Assembly (NCBI GenBank): GCA_963783005.1 | Contig: CAWALY010000003.1 | Span: 52,705 to 116,704, forward strand | Source: an uncultured Actinomycetota bacterium | GTDB taxonomy: Bacteria > Actinomycetota > Actinomycetes > Actinomycetales > Cellulomonadaceae | Length of the DNA: 64,000 nt | Direction: 5' to 3' | Shown: one piece after another, positions 28,523 to 37,604 of the stretch | How positions within the stretch are numbered: the stretch's first letter is position 1 | Layout of the letters: each line of letters starts with the position of its first letter | Notes under the pieces: generated by a model | Told to the model about the DNA's origin: nothing | The model's input: the letters and a program-made list of their open reading frames with translations, nothing else | Databases searched by the model: none | Position numbers and translations under genes: made by a program

Positions 28523-28831
28523 GTGGAGGTGCTCGCGCTCGAGCGTGACGCGGCCGGCGAACCGACGGCCGGGAACGCCGGGGACGCCTCGGCCCTGCTC
28601 CGGGCCGAGGCGCTGCGGGTGTGGGAGCTCACCCAGGACGGCGTGGTGCGCCGGACCTGGTTCCGCGCCGACCGGCACGCGGCGGTGCTGCTCCTGGAGG
28701 TGACGGGCGTCGCGGCGGCGCGGGACGTGCTCGCGACCCTGCCACTGGTCGCCGCCGGGCTGATCGACTTCGACCTGGTGCCGCTGCGCGCGTACCCGGG
28801 ACTGGCGCGGCTCTGGGACGACGGGGCGTAG
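28523..28831 (+). CDS. Muconolactone delta-isomerase-like (MIase fold) small protein
   Basis: 102 aa, GTG start. The pattern LRAEALRVWELTQDGVVRRTWFRADRHAAVLLLEV.....A.DVLATLPL.....IDFDLVPL resembles the MIase family. Confidence 0.6.
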   Translation: MEVLALERDAAGEPTAGNAGDASALLRAEALRVWELTQDGVVRRTWFRADRHAAVLLLEVTGVAAARDVLATLPLVAAGLIDFDLVPLRAYPGLARLWDDGA

Positions 28832-28874
28832 CGGCCGGCGCCCAGCATGGTGTGGGTGGACGAGGTCGGGCGGG

Positions 28875-30353
28875 TCAGCCGGCGGCGGGCACGGTGCGGC
28901 CGGCGGCCCAGGACCGCAGCGCGGCGATCCGCTCGGCCATCACCACCGACAGCGGCCGGGTCGCCTGGATCTCGGCCAGCACGTGGGCCGCGCTCAGGTC
29001 GCCGCCGTCGGCGTGCGCGGCGTAGCGCGCCGAGACCACGGCGTGCTCGAGCTCTGCACCGGAGTAGCCGGGCGAGGCCGCGACCAGGGCGTCGAGCTCC
29101 GGCTCGCCCAGCTCCAGGCCGCGGCGGGCGGCGTGCACCCTCAGGATGTGCCGCCGAGCGGGCCCGTCGGGCAGGTCGACGAAGAACAGCTCGTCGAACC
29201 GGCCCTTGCGCACCAGCTCGGGCGGCAGTGCGGTGACGTCGTTGGCCGTCGCGACGACGAACGCAGCCGAGCGGCGCTCGGAGAGCCAGGTCAGCAGCGT
29301 GCCGAGCACCCGGCGCACCGCACCCGAGTCGTCGTCGGCCATCGCCTTCTCGACCTCGTCGACCCACACCACGCACGGCGCCAGGACGTCGGCGGTGGCC
29401 AGGGTCTCGCGCAGGATCCGCTCGGACTCGCCGACGTACTTGTTGTGCACCGCCGCGAGGTCCAGGTGCAGCAGCGGCACACCGAACACCCCGGCGGCGG
29501 CCTTGGCGGCCATCGACTTGCCGCAGCCCTGCACGCCGACCAGCAGCACGCCGCGCGGCGGCTCGAGGCCCATCCCGCTGCCGTCGAACGCGGCGCGGCG
29601 CAGCCGGAGCCAGCGCACCAGGGCCGCCATCCCGCCGAGGTCGTCCGCGTCCGGCACGTCGTGCTCGTAGCGGAGCACGCCGCCGTGGTTGAGCAGCGCG
29701 TACTTGGCCTCCATGACGGCCGGCAGGTCCTCGGCCAGCAGGGCGCCGTCGGCCACCGCGCCGCGGGCCAGCCGCTCGGCCTCGCCCACCGACAGCCCGC
29801 CGAGGTTCTCCACCAGCAGCTCGCGGGCCCGGGGGTCCACCAGCACCTGCTGCCCGGCGCGCCGCTCGGCCTCGGCCACCGCACGGTCCACCGCCGCGGC
29901 GCGCTCGGTGCGGTCGGGCACGGCCACCTGGAGCCGGGCGACCAGGTGGTCCAGCTCGGCGGGCACCTCGACCGCGTGGCTGACCAGCACCACCGTGCGC
30001 GGCACCCGCCCGTAGCCGAGCGCGACGTCCTTGAGCAGACGCACGTGCATCGGCTCGGTCAGGTACGGGTGGAAGTCGACCAGGACGTAGACGCCGCCCA
30101 GGTCGGTGGTCCGGATGGTCCGCAGCACCTCGCCCGGGTCGGCGTTGAACGACTGGGGCGGCCCCAGCCGTACGTCGGCGCGCGAGAGCCCCTCGGTCAC
30201 GGTCCACCGGAACACCGGGAGGTTGCCCGCGCCGCGTGCCGCGGAGAGCACCACGCCCATCGCCCGGGCCTCGTCACGGGTCTCCATCACGACGATCGGC
30301 ACGCGCGAGCCGAGGAGGGCGGACAGGTCCGCCTCGGACCGCAGGAGACTCAA
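28875..30353 (-). CDS. Ycf46-like AAA+ ATPase
   Basis: 492 aa, TTG start. Motifs: Walker A GVLLVGVQGCGKS, Walker B VVWVDEVEKA, VVATAN, and LVRKGRFDELFFVDLP (Arg finger region). The ~240-aa N-domain begins ...VPIVVMETRDEARA, as I recall for Ycf46-type proteins. Confidence 0.8.
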   Translation of the reverse strand: MSLLRSEADLSALLGSRVPIVVMETRDEARAMGVVLSAARGAGNLPVFRWTVTEGLSRADVRLGPPQSFNADPGEVLRTIRTTDLGGVYVLVDFHPYLTEPMHVRLLKDVALGYGRVPRTVVLVSHAVEVPAELDHLVARLQVAVPDRTERAAAVDRAVAEAERRAGQQVLVDPRARELLVENLGGLSVGEAERLARGAVADGALLAEDLPAVMEAKYALLNHGGVLRYEHDVPDADDLGGMAALVRWLRLRRAAFDGSGMGLEPPRGVLLVGVQGCGKSMAAKAAAGVFGVPLLHLDLAAVHNKYVGESERILRETLATADVLAPCVVWVDEVEKAMADDDSGAVRRVLGTLLTWLSERRSAAFVVATANDVTALPPELVRKGRFDELFFVDLPDGPARRHILRVHAARRGLELGEPELDALVAASPGYSGAELEHAVVSARYAAHADGGDLSAAHVLAEIQATRPLSVVMAERIAALRSWAAGRTVPAAG

Positions 30354-30566
30354 CGCGACGCTCCGTCCACGTGCGGAACCCTATCGGCGGGCGGCAGCGG
30401 CGTCGGGGCCGCGCGGCGCGAGCCGGTCGTGTCGGGCCCGTCAGGACGCGGCGCCCACCCGGGCCACCAGCCCGACCGGCGCCCCACGCGGCGAGCGCCA
30501 CCGCGGATGCGCTCCCCTGCGGGGCGGTCCGCCATCCGGACGCCCCCGGGCATCGATCGAGGCTTC

Positions 30567-30621
30567 GCCGCGTGGGCCGCCTGCCGCTCGGAGCTCTGCC
30601 GCGTGGGCCACCCGCCGCTCG
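30567..30621. repeat. 24-bp direct repeat (22/24 identical, 31-bp period) upstream of ligC
   Basis: gccgcgtgggccgcctgccgctcg (30567-90) versus gccgcgtgggccacccgccgctcg (30598-621). An 8-bp palindrome TCGATCGA lies at 30553-60. Confidence 0.8.
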
Positions 30622-30669
30622 CCGCCGAGCCCCCTGGCGACGGCCGGACCGCCACCCCACACTGTGACG

Positions 30670-31734
30670 ATGGACCTGCCGGTACTCCCGCCCGTGCGCC
30701 CGATGCTCGCCAAGGCCGCCCCGGACATCCCGCCGGGCCAGCACTACGAGCCCAAGTGGGACGGCTTCCGCGCGATCGTCTTCCGCGACGGGGACGAGGT
30801 GGAGATCGGCTCGCGAACCACCAAGCCGATCACCCGGTACTTCCCCGAGGTCGTCGCAGCCGTGCTCGCTGAGCTGCCGGGCCGGTGCGTGGTCGACGGC
30901 GAGATCGTCATCGCGACACCGGACGTGACGGCACTGGACTTCGAGGCGCTGCTGCAGCGCATCCACCCGGCCGACTCCCGCGTCCAGCTGCTGGCCCGGC
31001 AGACGCCGGCGGTGCTGGTCGCGTTCGACCTGCTCGCCCTTGACGACGCCGACCTCACCGGACTGCCGTACGCCGAGCGCCGTGCCCGCCTGGAGGCCGC
31101 CGTGCCGGGCGCCGGCCCCGGCGTCTACCGCACACCCATGACCACCGACCTGGACGAGGCCCGGCGCTGGTTCGAGGTGTTCGAGGGCGCGGGCCTGGAC
31201 GGCGTGGTCGCCAAGCGCGCCGACCTGACCTACCAGCCCGACAAGCGCGTGATGTCCAAGATCAAGCACGAGCGGACCGCCGACTGCGTGGTCGCCGGGT
31301 ACCGGGCGCACAAGACCGACGACGCGGCGATCGGGTCCCTGCTGCTGGGCCTGTACGACGACGCCGGCCGGCTCGCCTCGGTGGGCGTGACCTCGAGCTT
31401 CCCGATGGCCGTGCGCCGCGAGCTGTTCGCCGAGCTCCAGCCCCTGGTGACCGACCCGGACACCCACCCGTGGGCGGCGGCCGCGCAGGACGCCGGTGCG
31501 CGCACCCCGACGGAGGCCGCGGGCTCACGCTGGAACGCGGGCAAGGACCTTTCGTTCACCCCGCTGCGGCCCGAGCGTGTGGTCGAGGTCAAGTACGACC
31601 ACATGGAGGGGCCCCGCTTCCGCCACACCACGCAGCTGATCCGCTGGCGCCCGGACCGGGAACCCGAGTCGTGCACCTACGCCCAGCTCGAGCACCCGGT
31701 GCGCTTCGACCTCGGCGAGATCCTCGCGACCTGA
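30670..31734 (+). CDS. ligC: ATP-dependent DNA ligase (LigC type)
   Basis: 354 aa. EPKWDGFR is the adenylation KxDG motif, followed by EIVI, DGVVAK, and an OB domain (RHTTQLIRWRPDR). Confidence 0.9.
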   Translation: MDLPVLPPVRPMLAKAAPDIPPGQHYEPKWDGFRAIVFRDGDEVEIGSRTTKPITRYFPEVVAAVLAELPGRCVVDGEIVIATPDVTALDFEALLQRIHPADSRVQLLARQTPAVLVAFDLLALDDADLTGLPYAERRARLEAAVPGAGPGVYRTPMTTDLDEARRWFEVFEGAGLDGVVAKRADLTYQPDKRVMSKIKHERTADCVVAGYRAHKTDDAAIGSLLLGLYDDAGRLASVGVTSSFPMAVRRELFAELQPLVTDPDTHPWAAAAQDAGARTPTEAAGSRWNAGKDLSFTPLRPERVVEVKYDHMEGPRFRHTTQLIRWRPDREPESCTYAQLEHPVRFDLGEILAT

Positions 31735-31764
31735 CGCCACGCCCCCGCCCCTCCTCGCGCGCTT

Positions 31765-31801
31765 GGAACCCGATCGGCCAGATGCCGACCGATCGAGTTC
31801 C
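31765..31801. terminator. Imperfect 13-bp-stem hairpin between convergent ligC and the acyl-CoA oxidase gene
   Basis: GGAACCCGATCGG, an 11-nt loop, then CCGATCGAGTTCC (12/13 paired). Confidence 0.4.
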
Positions 31802-31850
31802 GATCTTGGGGTGAGGGAGGGGATGGGTGGGGTGTCGGCGGCCCGGGCCG

Positions 31851-33923
31851 TCAGGCCCTGGAGCGCTCGGGCTTGGGCTCGGGGCGCGGGGCCGAGCCGC
31901 TCGCCCGCTGCTCGCGGAAGTAGGCCCGCGCCTCGTCCTGGCGCTCGGCCTCCGCACCCGACGCGATCGACGCCCGGACCAGCTCCGGGCCGTACCCGAA
32001 GGCGTCCACCAGGTCCTGGGCGTGCGGACGCAGCCGCTCGAGCAGCCGGTCGACGTAGGAGCTCACCACCCGGGCCCGCCCGGCCGACAGCCGGCCGTGG
32101 ATGAGGTACCAGGCCAGGTTCCGCTCGATCAGGGTCAGACCGAACAGGTCGCGCAGCCAGGTCAGCACCCGCCGGGTGCCGTCGTCGTCGACCTTGGCCA
32201 GGCCCGCGGTGAACGCCTCCCACTGGAGCAGGTCGGCGTGGGCGCGCGCGGCCTCGACCATCTGGTGCTGGTGCGCGTCGAGCAGCCGCGCGGCCTCGGC
32301 GCGGGACGCCTTGCCCGCCGGTCGTAGCGCACCGGCGAGCTCGGCGACCATCGTCTCCACGCGGTCGGTGAGCAGCTCGCGCTGGGCCTCGGTCGACCGC
32401 ATCTGCCCCGCCGACCGCCGCACGTCGCCACCGTCGGCGAGGGTCTGGACCACCCGGGTCAGCGGGGTGCGGTGCAGCGCGACGTCCGCCGCCCGCTCGG
32501 CGACCAGTCGCGCCATGGTGCCCGCGTCGATGTGCGCGAGGTCCTTGGCCACGTCGGACAGCAGGCGCTTGGCCACCAGCTGCAGCAGCACGGTGTTGTC
32601 GCCCTCGAACGTGACGTAGACGTCCAGGTCGTCGCGCAGCGAGGTGAGCCGGTTCTCGGTGAGGTAACCGGCGCCGCCGCAGGCCTCGCGCGCGGCCTGC
32701 AGGGTGTCCATCGCGTGCCAGGACGAGGCGGGCTTGAGCGCCGCGGCGATGGTCTCCAGGTCCTGACGGTCGGTGTCGGAGTCGGCCCGGCCGGAGAACA
32801 CGTCGTCGAACGTGGCCAGCAGGCGCTCGTGGGCGAACGCCTGGGCGTAGGTCTGAGCAAGGCGAGGCAGCAGCCGGCGCTGGTGCTCCTGACGGTCGAG
32901 GAGCACGACCTCGTCGGTGTCCGTGGCGCCGGTGAACTGCCGACGCTGGTTGCCGTACGTGACCGCGATCACCAGCGCCAGCTTGCTCGCGTTCACGGCC
33001 GCGCCGTCCAGCGAGACCCGGCCCTGGACCAGGGTGGACAGCATCGTGAAGAACCGGCGGCCGGGGCTGGAGATCGGCGAGGTGTACGTGCCGTCCTCGG
33101 CGACGTCGCCGTAGCGGTTGAGCAGGTTCGTCCTCGGCACCCGGACGTGGTCGAAGTGCAGCCGGCCGTTGTCGATGCCGTTGAGGCCGCCCTTGAGCCC
33201 GTCGTCCTCGCCGCCGACGCCGGGCAGGAACTCCCCGGTCTGCGGGTCGCGGATCGGCACGTAGAGCGCGTGCACGCCGTGGTTGACCGGCGCCTCGCCG
33301 GGCGCGGAGGTGATGAGCTGGGCGAACACCACGGCAGCACGCCCGTGCAGCGCCGCGTTGCCGAGGTAGTCCTTCCAGGCCCCGCGGAACGGGGTGTGGA
33401 GCACGAACTCCTGGGTGTCCGGGTCGTAGGTGGCGGTGGTCGCGATCGACGCCACGTCCGAGCCGTGGCCCGTCTCGGTCATCGCGAACACCCCGGGCAC
33501 GTCAAGGGTCATCGCGCCGGGCAGCAGCCGGGCGTGGTGGTCGCCGGTGCCCAGGTGCAGGATCGCCGAGGCGAACAAGCCCCACTGCACGCCCGACTTG
33601 ATCTGCAGCGACGGGTCCGCGGCGACGAGCTCCTCGAACCGGGCGAGCGACCCCCCGTGGTCGTCGGCGCCGCCGAGCGCGGTCGGGAAGGCGCGCAGCA
33701 CCTCGCCCTCTGACACCAGCAGCCGCAGCTGGCCCAGGATGCGCTCGCGGTGCTCGGCGAGGGACAGGCCCTCGACCTTGTGGAAGCGGGGGTCGGCGAG
33801 CAGCGCGCGGGTCGCCTTGCGCAGGTCGCCCCAGCGGCCCAGCAGCACGTGCTCGAGCGCGGCGACGTCGACGGTCGGCTCGGGAGCCGTGGCGACCGGG
33901 CGGGGTGAGGTGACGGTGGTCAT
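31851..33923 (-). CDS. Acyl-CoA oxidase / long acyl-CoA dehydrogenase family protein
   Basis: 690 aa from MTTVTS (33923) with FAMTETGHGSDV and NGIDNGRLHFDHVRVPR motifs and an ACOX-type C-terminal helical domain. Confidence 0.87.
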   Translation of the reverse strand: MTTVTSPRPVATAPEPTVDVAALEHVLLGRWGDLRKATRALLADPRFHKVEGLSLAEHRERILGQLRLLVSEGEVLRAFPTALGGADDHGGSLARFEELVAADPSLQIKSGVQWGLFASAILHLGTGDHHARLLPGAMTLDVPGVFAMTETGHGSDVASIATTATYDPDTQEFVLHTPFRGAWKDYLGNAALHGRAAVVFAQLITSAPGEAPVNHGVHALYVPIRDPQTGEFLPGVGGEDDGLKGGLNGIDNGRLHFDHVRVPRTNLLNRYGDVAEDGTYTSPISSPGRRFFTMLSTLVQGRVSLDGAAVNASKLALVIAVTYGNQRRQFTGATDTDEVVLLDRQEHQRRLLPRLAQTYAQAFAHERLLATFDDVFSGRADSDTDRQDLETIAAALKPASSWHAMDTLQAAREACGGAGYLTENRLTSLRDDLDVYVTFEGDNTVLLQLVAKRLLSDVAKDLAHIDAGTMARLVAERAADVALHRTPLTRVVQTLADGGDVRRSAGQMRSTEAQRELLTDRVETMVAELAGALRPAGKASRAEAARLLDAHQHQMVEAARAHADLLQWEAFTAGLAKVDDDGTRRVLTWLRDLFGLTLIERNLAWYLIHGRLSAGRARVVSSYVDRLLERLRPHAQDLVDAFGYGPELVRASIASGAEAERQDEARAYFREQRASGSAPRPEPKPERSRA

Positions 33924-34663
33924 GACTGCTCCTCGTGGGCGGGGAGGCCCGGGCGCTGCGGTGCTGCCCCGGGCAGGGAACGGGTGAGGGCGCTCACGGG
34001 CCCGGTCCACAACCAGGCCGTGACACGTTCGGCGAGCTCGGCGCGCTCCGGGGCGTCGCCGTCGCCGCGGTGCGCCAGCCACCACTCGCCGGCACCGCGC
34101 ACGAAGCCGACGGCCCCGCTACCCCACAGGTCGGCCATCGCGGCCGATTCACCGGCGTCGGCACCGGCCACCAGGCGGGCGAACGGCTGCGCCACGAGCA
34201 TCGCGACGGCGTCCATGAAGTGCCCGAGCGGGGCCGAGGCGTTCTCGCTGACCGGGCGGGTGACGAACCAGTAGACGTTGGGCGAGCCCTCGATCATCGC
34301 GAGGTAGGCGTCGATCATCGCGCGCAGCGCGTCCCGCGGCGTCGCGGCCTTGCGGCCGGCGGCGTCGAGGGCGGCGTTGAGATCTTCGACCACCGCGGCA
34401 CCGACGGCGGCCTGGAGCCCGGGCTTGTCCACGAAGTACCGGTAGACGATCGACTTGGACGTGCCGGCGGACTGGGCGATCTCCTCCATCGAGGCGTCCG
34501 CGCCCAGGTGATGGACCGCGCGCCGGGCGGCGCGGACCAGCTCCGAGCGGCGCGCGGAGCGGTGCTCGGCCCAGCGGGTGGAGCGCCCGTCAGGCGCAGA
34601 CGCGTCGATACCCCGGGGAGCATCCCCGGGGCGGGACGAGGGCGTCGGCGTCGATCGACTCAC
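33920..34663 (-). CDS. TetR-family transcriptional regulator
   Basis: HTH MEEIAQSAGTSKSIVYRYFVDKPGL. The stop overlaps the oxidase ATG (ATGA). I favour GTG 34663, because codons between 34664 and 34750 have A/T-rich third positions atypical for this genome. Confidence 0.78.
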   Translation of the reverse strand: MSRSTPTPSSRPGDAPRGIDASAPDGRSTRWAEHRSARRSELVRAARRAVHHLGADASMEEIAQSAGTSKSIVYRYFVDKPGLQAAVGAAVVEDLNAALDAAGRKAATPRDALRAMIDAYLAMIEGSPNVYWFVTRPVSENASAPLGHFMDAVAMLVAQPFARLVAGADAGESAAMADLWGSGAVGFVRGAGEWWLAHRGDGDAPERAELAERVTAWLWTGPVSALTRSLPGAAPQRPGLPAHEEQS

Positions 34664-34709
34664 GGTACCGACGGTATCAAGTACTTTGGGTTCCGGGCAT
34701 CCCAGGATG
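34664..34709 (+). promoter_or_regulatory. Copy 1 of a ~45-bp GTAC-containing element shared with 38692-38736
   Basis: ggtaccgacggtatcaagtactttgggttccgggcatcccaggatg. It contains the palindrome TACCGaCGGTA. Confidence 0.55.
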
Positions 34710-34712
34710 CGA

Positions 34713-34726
34713 TGGGAGCGGTCCCA
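34713..34726. promoter_or_regulatory. CebR/CelR-type operator (13/14 match to TGGGAGCGCTCCCA)
   Basis: TGGGAGCGGTCCCA lies 146 bp upstream of the ABC binding-protein ATG. The wider inverted repeat is GATGGGA-GCGG-TCCCATC. Confidence 0.6.
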
Positions 34727-34871
34727 TCCCACGACTGCAACCGCTTGCAATTGTTATCGAAACGTGGCCGGACTGCCTTGCCGATGCCCCGGCACAGGGC
34801 GATGATCGGAAACGTTCACCCCCGGGCGGCGTTGCCCGCGTCGGGACGACGAGGTCAGACGAGGAGAGAAC

Positions 34872-36252
34872 ATGAGGTCAATGGGTCGCCGGCGCGTAAT
34901 GCTCGCCGGCTCCGCCGTGGCCGCGGCAGGTCTGCTGCTCACGGCTTGTTCGAGCGGCACCAGCACTCCCAGCGACAGCGGCTCGACGAGCGCGGGGAGC
35001 GCCTCGGTGGCCGCCGGGTGCGAGCCCTACGCCGACTACATGGGCCATGACGGGACGACGGTGACGATCTTCGCCTCGATCCTCAGCCCGGAGTCCGACT
35101 CGCTCGAGGCGTCGTGGGCCGACTTCAGCAAGTGCACCGGCATCACGATCCAGTACGAGGGCTCCAACGAGTTCGAGTCCCAGCTGCCGGTCCGGGTCCA
35201 GGGCGGTCAGGCACCTGACCTGGCGATGATCCCGCAGCCCGGCCTCGTGGCGCGGATGGCCCCGAACGCCGTGCCGGCCCCGCAGGCCGTGGCCGACAAC
35301 GTCGACAAGTACTGGGCAGCCGGCTGGAAGGACTACGCCACGGTCGACGGCAAGTTCTACGGCGCGCCCCTGAGCGCGAACGCCAAGTCGATGGTCTGGT
35401 ACTCGCCGAAGATGTTCTCCGACAAGGGCTACACCGTCCCGGAGACCTGGGACGACATGATGAAGCTGTCGGACACCATCGCCAACAACGGTGACGGCAT
35501 CAAGCCGTGGTGCGGCGGCATCGGTTCTGGCACCGCCACCGGCTGGCCGGCCACCGACTGGCTCGAGGAGATCGTCATGCGGTCCGCCGGGCCGGACGTC
35601 TACGACCAGTGGGTCAGCCACGACGTGAAGTTCGACTCCCCCGAGATCACCGACGCGATGGGCATCCTCGAGAAGTGGATGAAGAACCCCGCCTACGTCA
35701 ACGGTGGCCACGGTGACGTCGCCTCCATCGCGACGACGACCTTCCAGGACGCCGGTCTGCCGATCCTCCAGGGCCAGTGCTACATGCTGCAGCAGGCGTC
35801 GTTCTACGCCGCCCAGTGGCCCGAGGGCACCAAGGTCGGTCCGGACGGCGACGTGTGGGCCTTCTACCTGCCGCGTCATGAACGACAAGTTCGGCAAGCC
35901 GGTCGAGGGTGGCGGCGAGTTCGACGTCGCGTTCTCCGACCGTCCCGAGGTCCAGGCCGTGCAGACCTACCTGTCGACCCCGGAGTGGGCGACGAGCCGG
36001 ATCAAGCAGGCCAGCGGCTGGGTGTCGGCGAACAACGGTGTGGACCCGTCGGTCTACTCCGCGCCGGTCGACAAGTTCTCGGCCGAGATGCTGACCGACC
36101 CGAAGGCAACGTTCAAGTTCGACGCGTCCGACCTGATGCCGTCCGCGGTCGGCTCCGGTGCCGAGTGGACCCAGTTCACCAACTGGTTCGCCGGCAGCAC
36201 GGACACCGCCGCGATGCTGAAGGCGATCGACGCAGCCTGGCCGACCAGCTGA
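34872..36252 (+). pseudogene. CUT1-family sugar ABC transporter substrate-binding lipoprotein, interrupted by a +1 frameshift near 35874
   Basis: Frame A (34872-) gives a signal/lipobox (LLLTAC) and sensible sequence up to ...DVWAFYLP. Sensible sequence resumes in frame B at 35875 (VMNDKFGKPVEGGGEFDVAF...AAWPTS, stop at 36252). The junction is CCG-C-GTC. Confidence 0.8.
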
Positions 36253-36274
36253 TCGGCTGACGGCCTAGCGACAC

Positions 36275-36308
36275 GACGCCCGGGCCCGGTTCGCCGGGTC
36301 CGGGCGTC
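36275..36308 (+). promoter_or_regulatory. 15-bp stem / UUCG tetraloop hairpin between the binding-protein and permease genes
   Basis: gacgcccgggcccgg-ttcg-ccgggtccgggcgtc (14 Watson-Crick pairs plus 1 G-U). Confidence 0.6.
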
Positions 36309-36428
36309 TGTGCTAGTGCTATACACGACACCAGCCTCACCGGGGTGCAGCGCGGCGCCCCGGGCTCCTAAGGAGGGACGCGTGTCAGACCCCATCAGCT
36401 CCCCAGTGCCCACCCCCGGAGGGTTGCC

Positions 36429-37604
36429 GTGAGCCACAGCCAGACCACGCTGCCGACGGGCAGCGAAGCCCCGTCCCGACCCCCCTCAATGTCCGCGCGA
36501 GATGCCCGCAGGAACCGACAGGCCCTCCTGCTGACGCTCATCGCGCTCGGCGTGATCGTCGTGCTGTCCGTGCTGGGCGCGACCGGTGTCCTCTCGATAC
36601 CGGTCTTCACCCAGCCCGACGGCCTTGCCGCCGCATCACTGTGGAAGCTCAGCGGCGGGGCGCTGGCGATCCTCGTGGTCGCCGCCGTGCTGATGGTCGT
36701 GTTCTTCATCGCCGGGCAGGCCTCCGGGTGGGTGTCACGGCCGGTCGGCATCGTGGTGTTCCTCGGCCCGGCCGCGCTGTTCATGCTCGTCGGCCTGGTC
36801 ATCCCGGCGATCCGGACCTTGCTGCTCAGCTTCTACGATGCGGCCGGGAAGACCGCGGTCGGTGCGGACAACTACACCTGGGCGTTCACCAACCCGACGA
36901 TGCGCGTGGTGCTCATCAACACGGTGCTCTGGATCGTCCTCGCACCGACCTTCGCGACCGCGTTCGGTCTGGTCCTCGCGCTGCTCTCGGACCGGATGCG
37001 GGCGCGCAGCGAGAAGGTCACGAAGTCGTTGATCTTCCTGCCGATGGCGATCTCGTTCGTCGGCGCGAGCGTGATCTGGAAGTTCGTCTACCAGTACAAC
37101 GAACCCAACCAGCCACAGATCGGCCTGCTCTCGCAGATCGCGATCTGGCTCGGCTGGAAGAACCCGCCGAACTGGTTGCTCAACACGCCGCTGAACACCT
37201 TCATGCTCATCGTGATCATGATCTGGGTCCAGACCGGTTTCGCCATGGTGGTGCTGTCCGCGGCCATCAAGGCGATCCCCAACGACGTCCTCGAGGCCGC
37301 CGCGCTCGACGGCGCGACCGGCTGGCAGATGTTCGTGCGCGTCACCATCCCGATGATCCGCGGCACGCTCATCGTGGTCTTCACCACGATTCTCATAGCG
37401 GTGCTGAAGATCTTCGACATCGTCGCCACGATGACGGGCGGAAACTTCAACACCAGCGTGCTCTCCTACGAGATGTACCGCCAGACCTTCGTCCAGGGCG
37501 ACCAGGGACACGGCTCAGCGCTCGCGGTCATCCTGTTCGTCGGCGTCGTGCCGGTGCTCATCTACAACATCGTTCAGCTGCGGAAGGAGCGTGCGACCCG
37601 ATGA
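36429..37604 (+). CDS. Sugar ABC transporter permease (MalF/CUT1 type) with extended N-terminus
   Basis: 391 aa, GTG start. EAA-loop region LEAAALDGATGWQMFVRVTIPMIRG, with extra N-terminal TM segments. Confidence 0.87.
   Translation: MSHSQTTLPTGSEAPSRPPSMSARDARRNRQALLLTLIALGVIVVLSVLGATGVLSIPVFTQPDGLAAASLWKLSGGALAILVVAAVLMVVFFIAGQASGWVSRPVGIVVFLGPAALFMLVGLVIPAIRTLLLSFYDAAGKTAVGADNYTWAFTNPTMRVVLINTVLWIVLAPTFATAFGLVLALLSDRMRARSEKVTKSLIFLPMAISFVGASVIWKFVYQYNEPNQPQIGLLSQIAIWLGWKNPPNWLLNTPLNTFMLIVIMIWVQTGFAMVVLSAAIKAIPNDVLEAAALDGATGWQMFVRVTIPMIRGTLIVVFTTILIAVLKIFDIVATMTGGNFNTSVLSYEMYRQTFVQGDQGHGSALAVILFVGVVPVLIYNIVQLRKERATR

Noticed and set aside
27568-31734. PPK2 / MIase-like / AAA+ / LigC as one operon or a defence-type system
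   Set aside because: Orientations are +,+,-,+ with convergent and divergent junctions. No nuclease, sensor or effector typical of defence systems is present. Any association is speculative at best.
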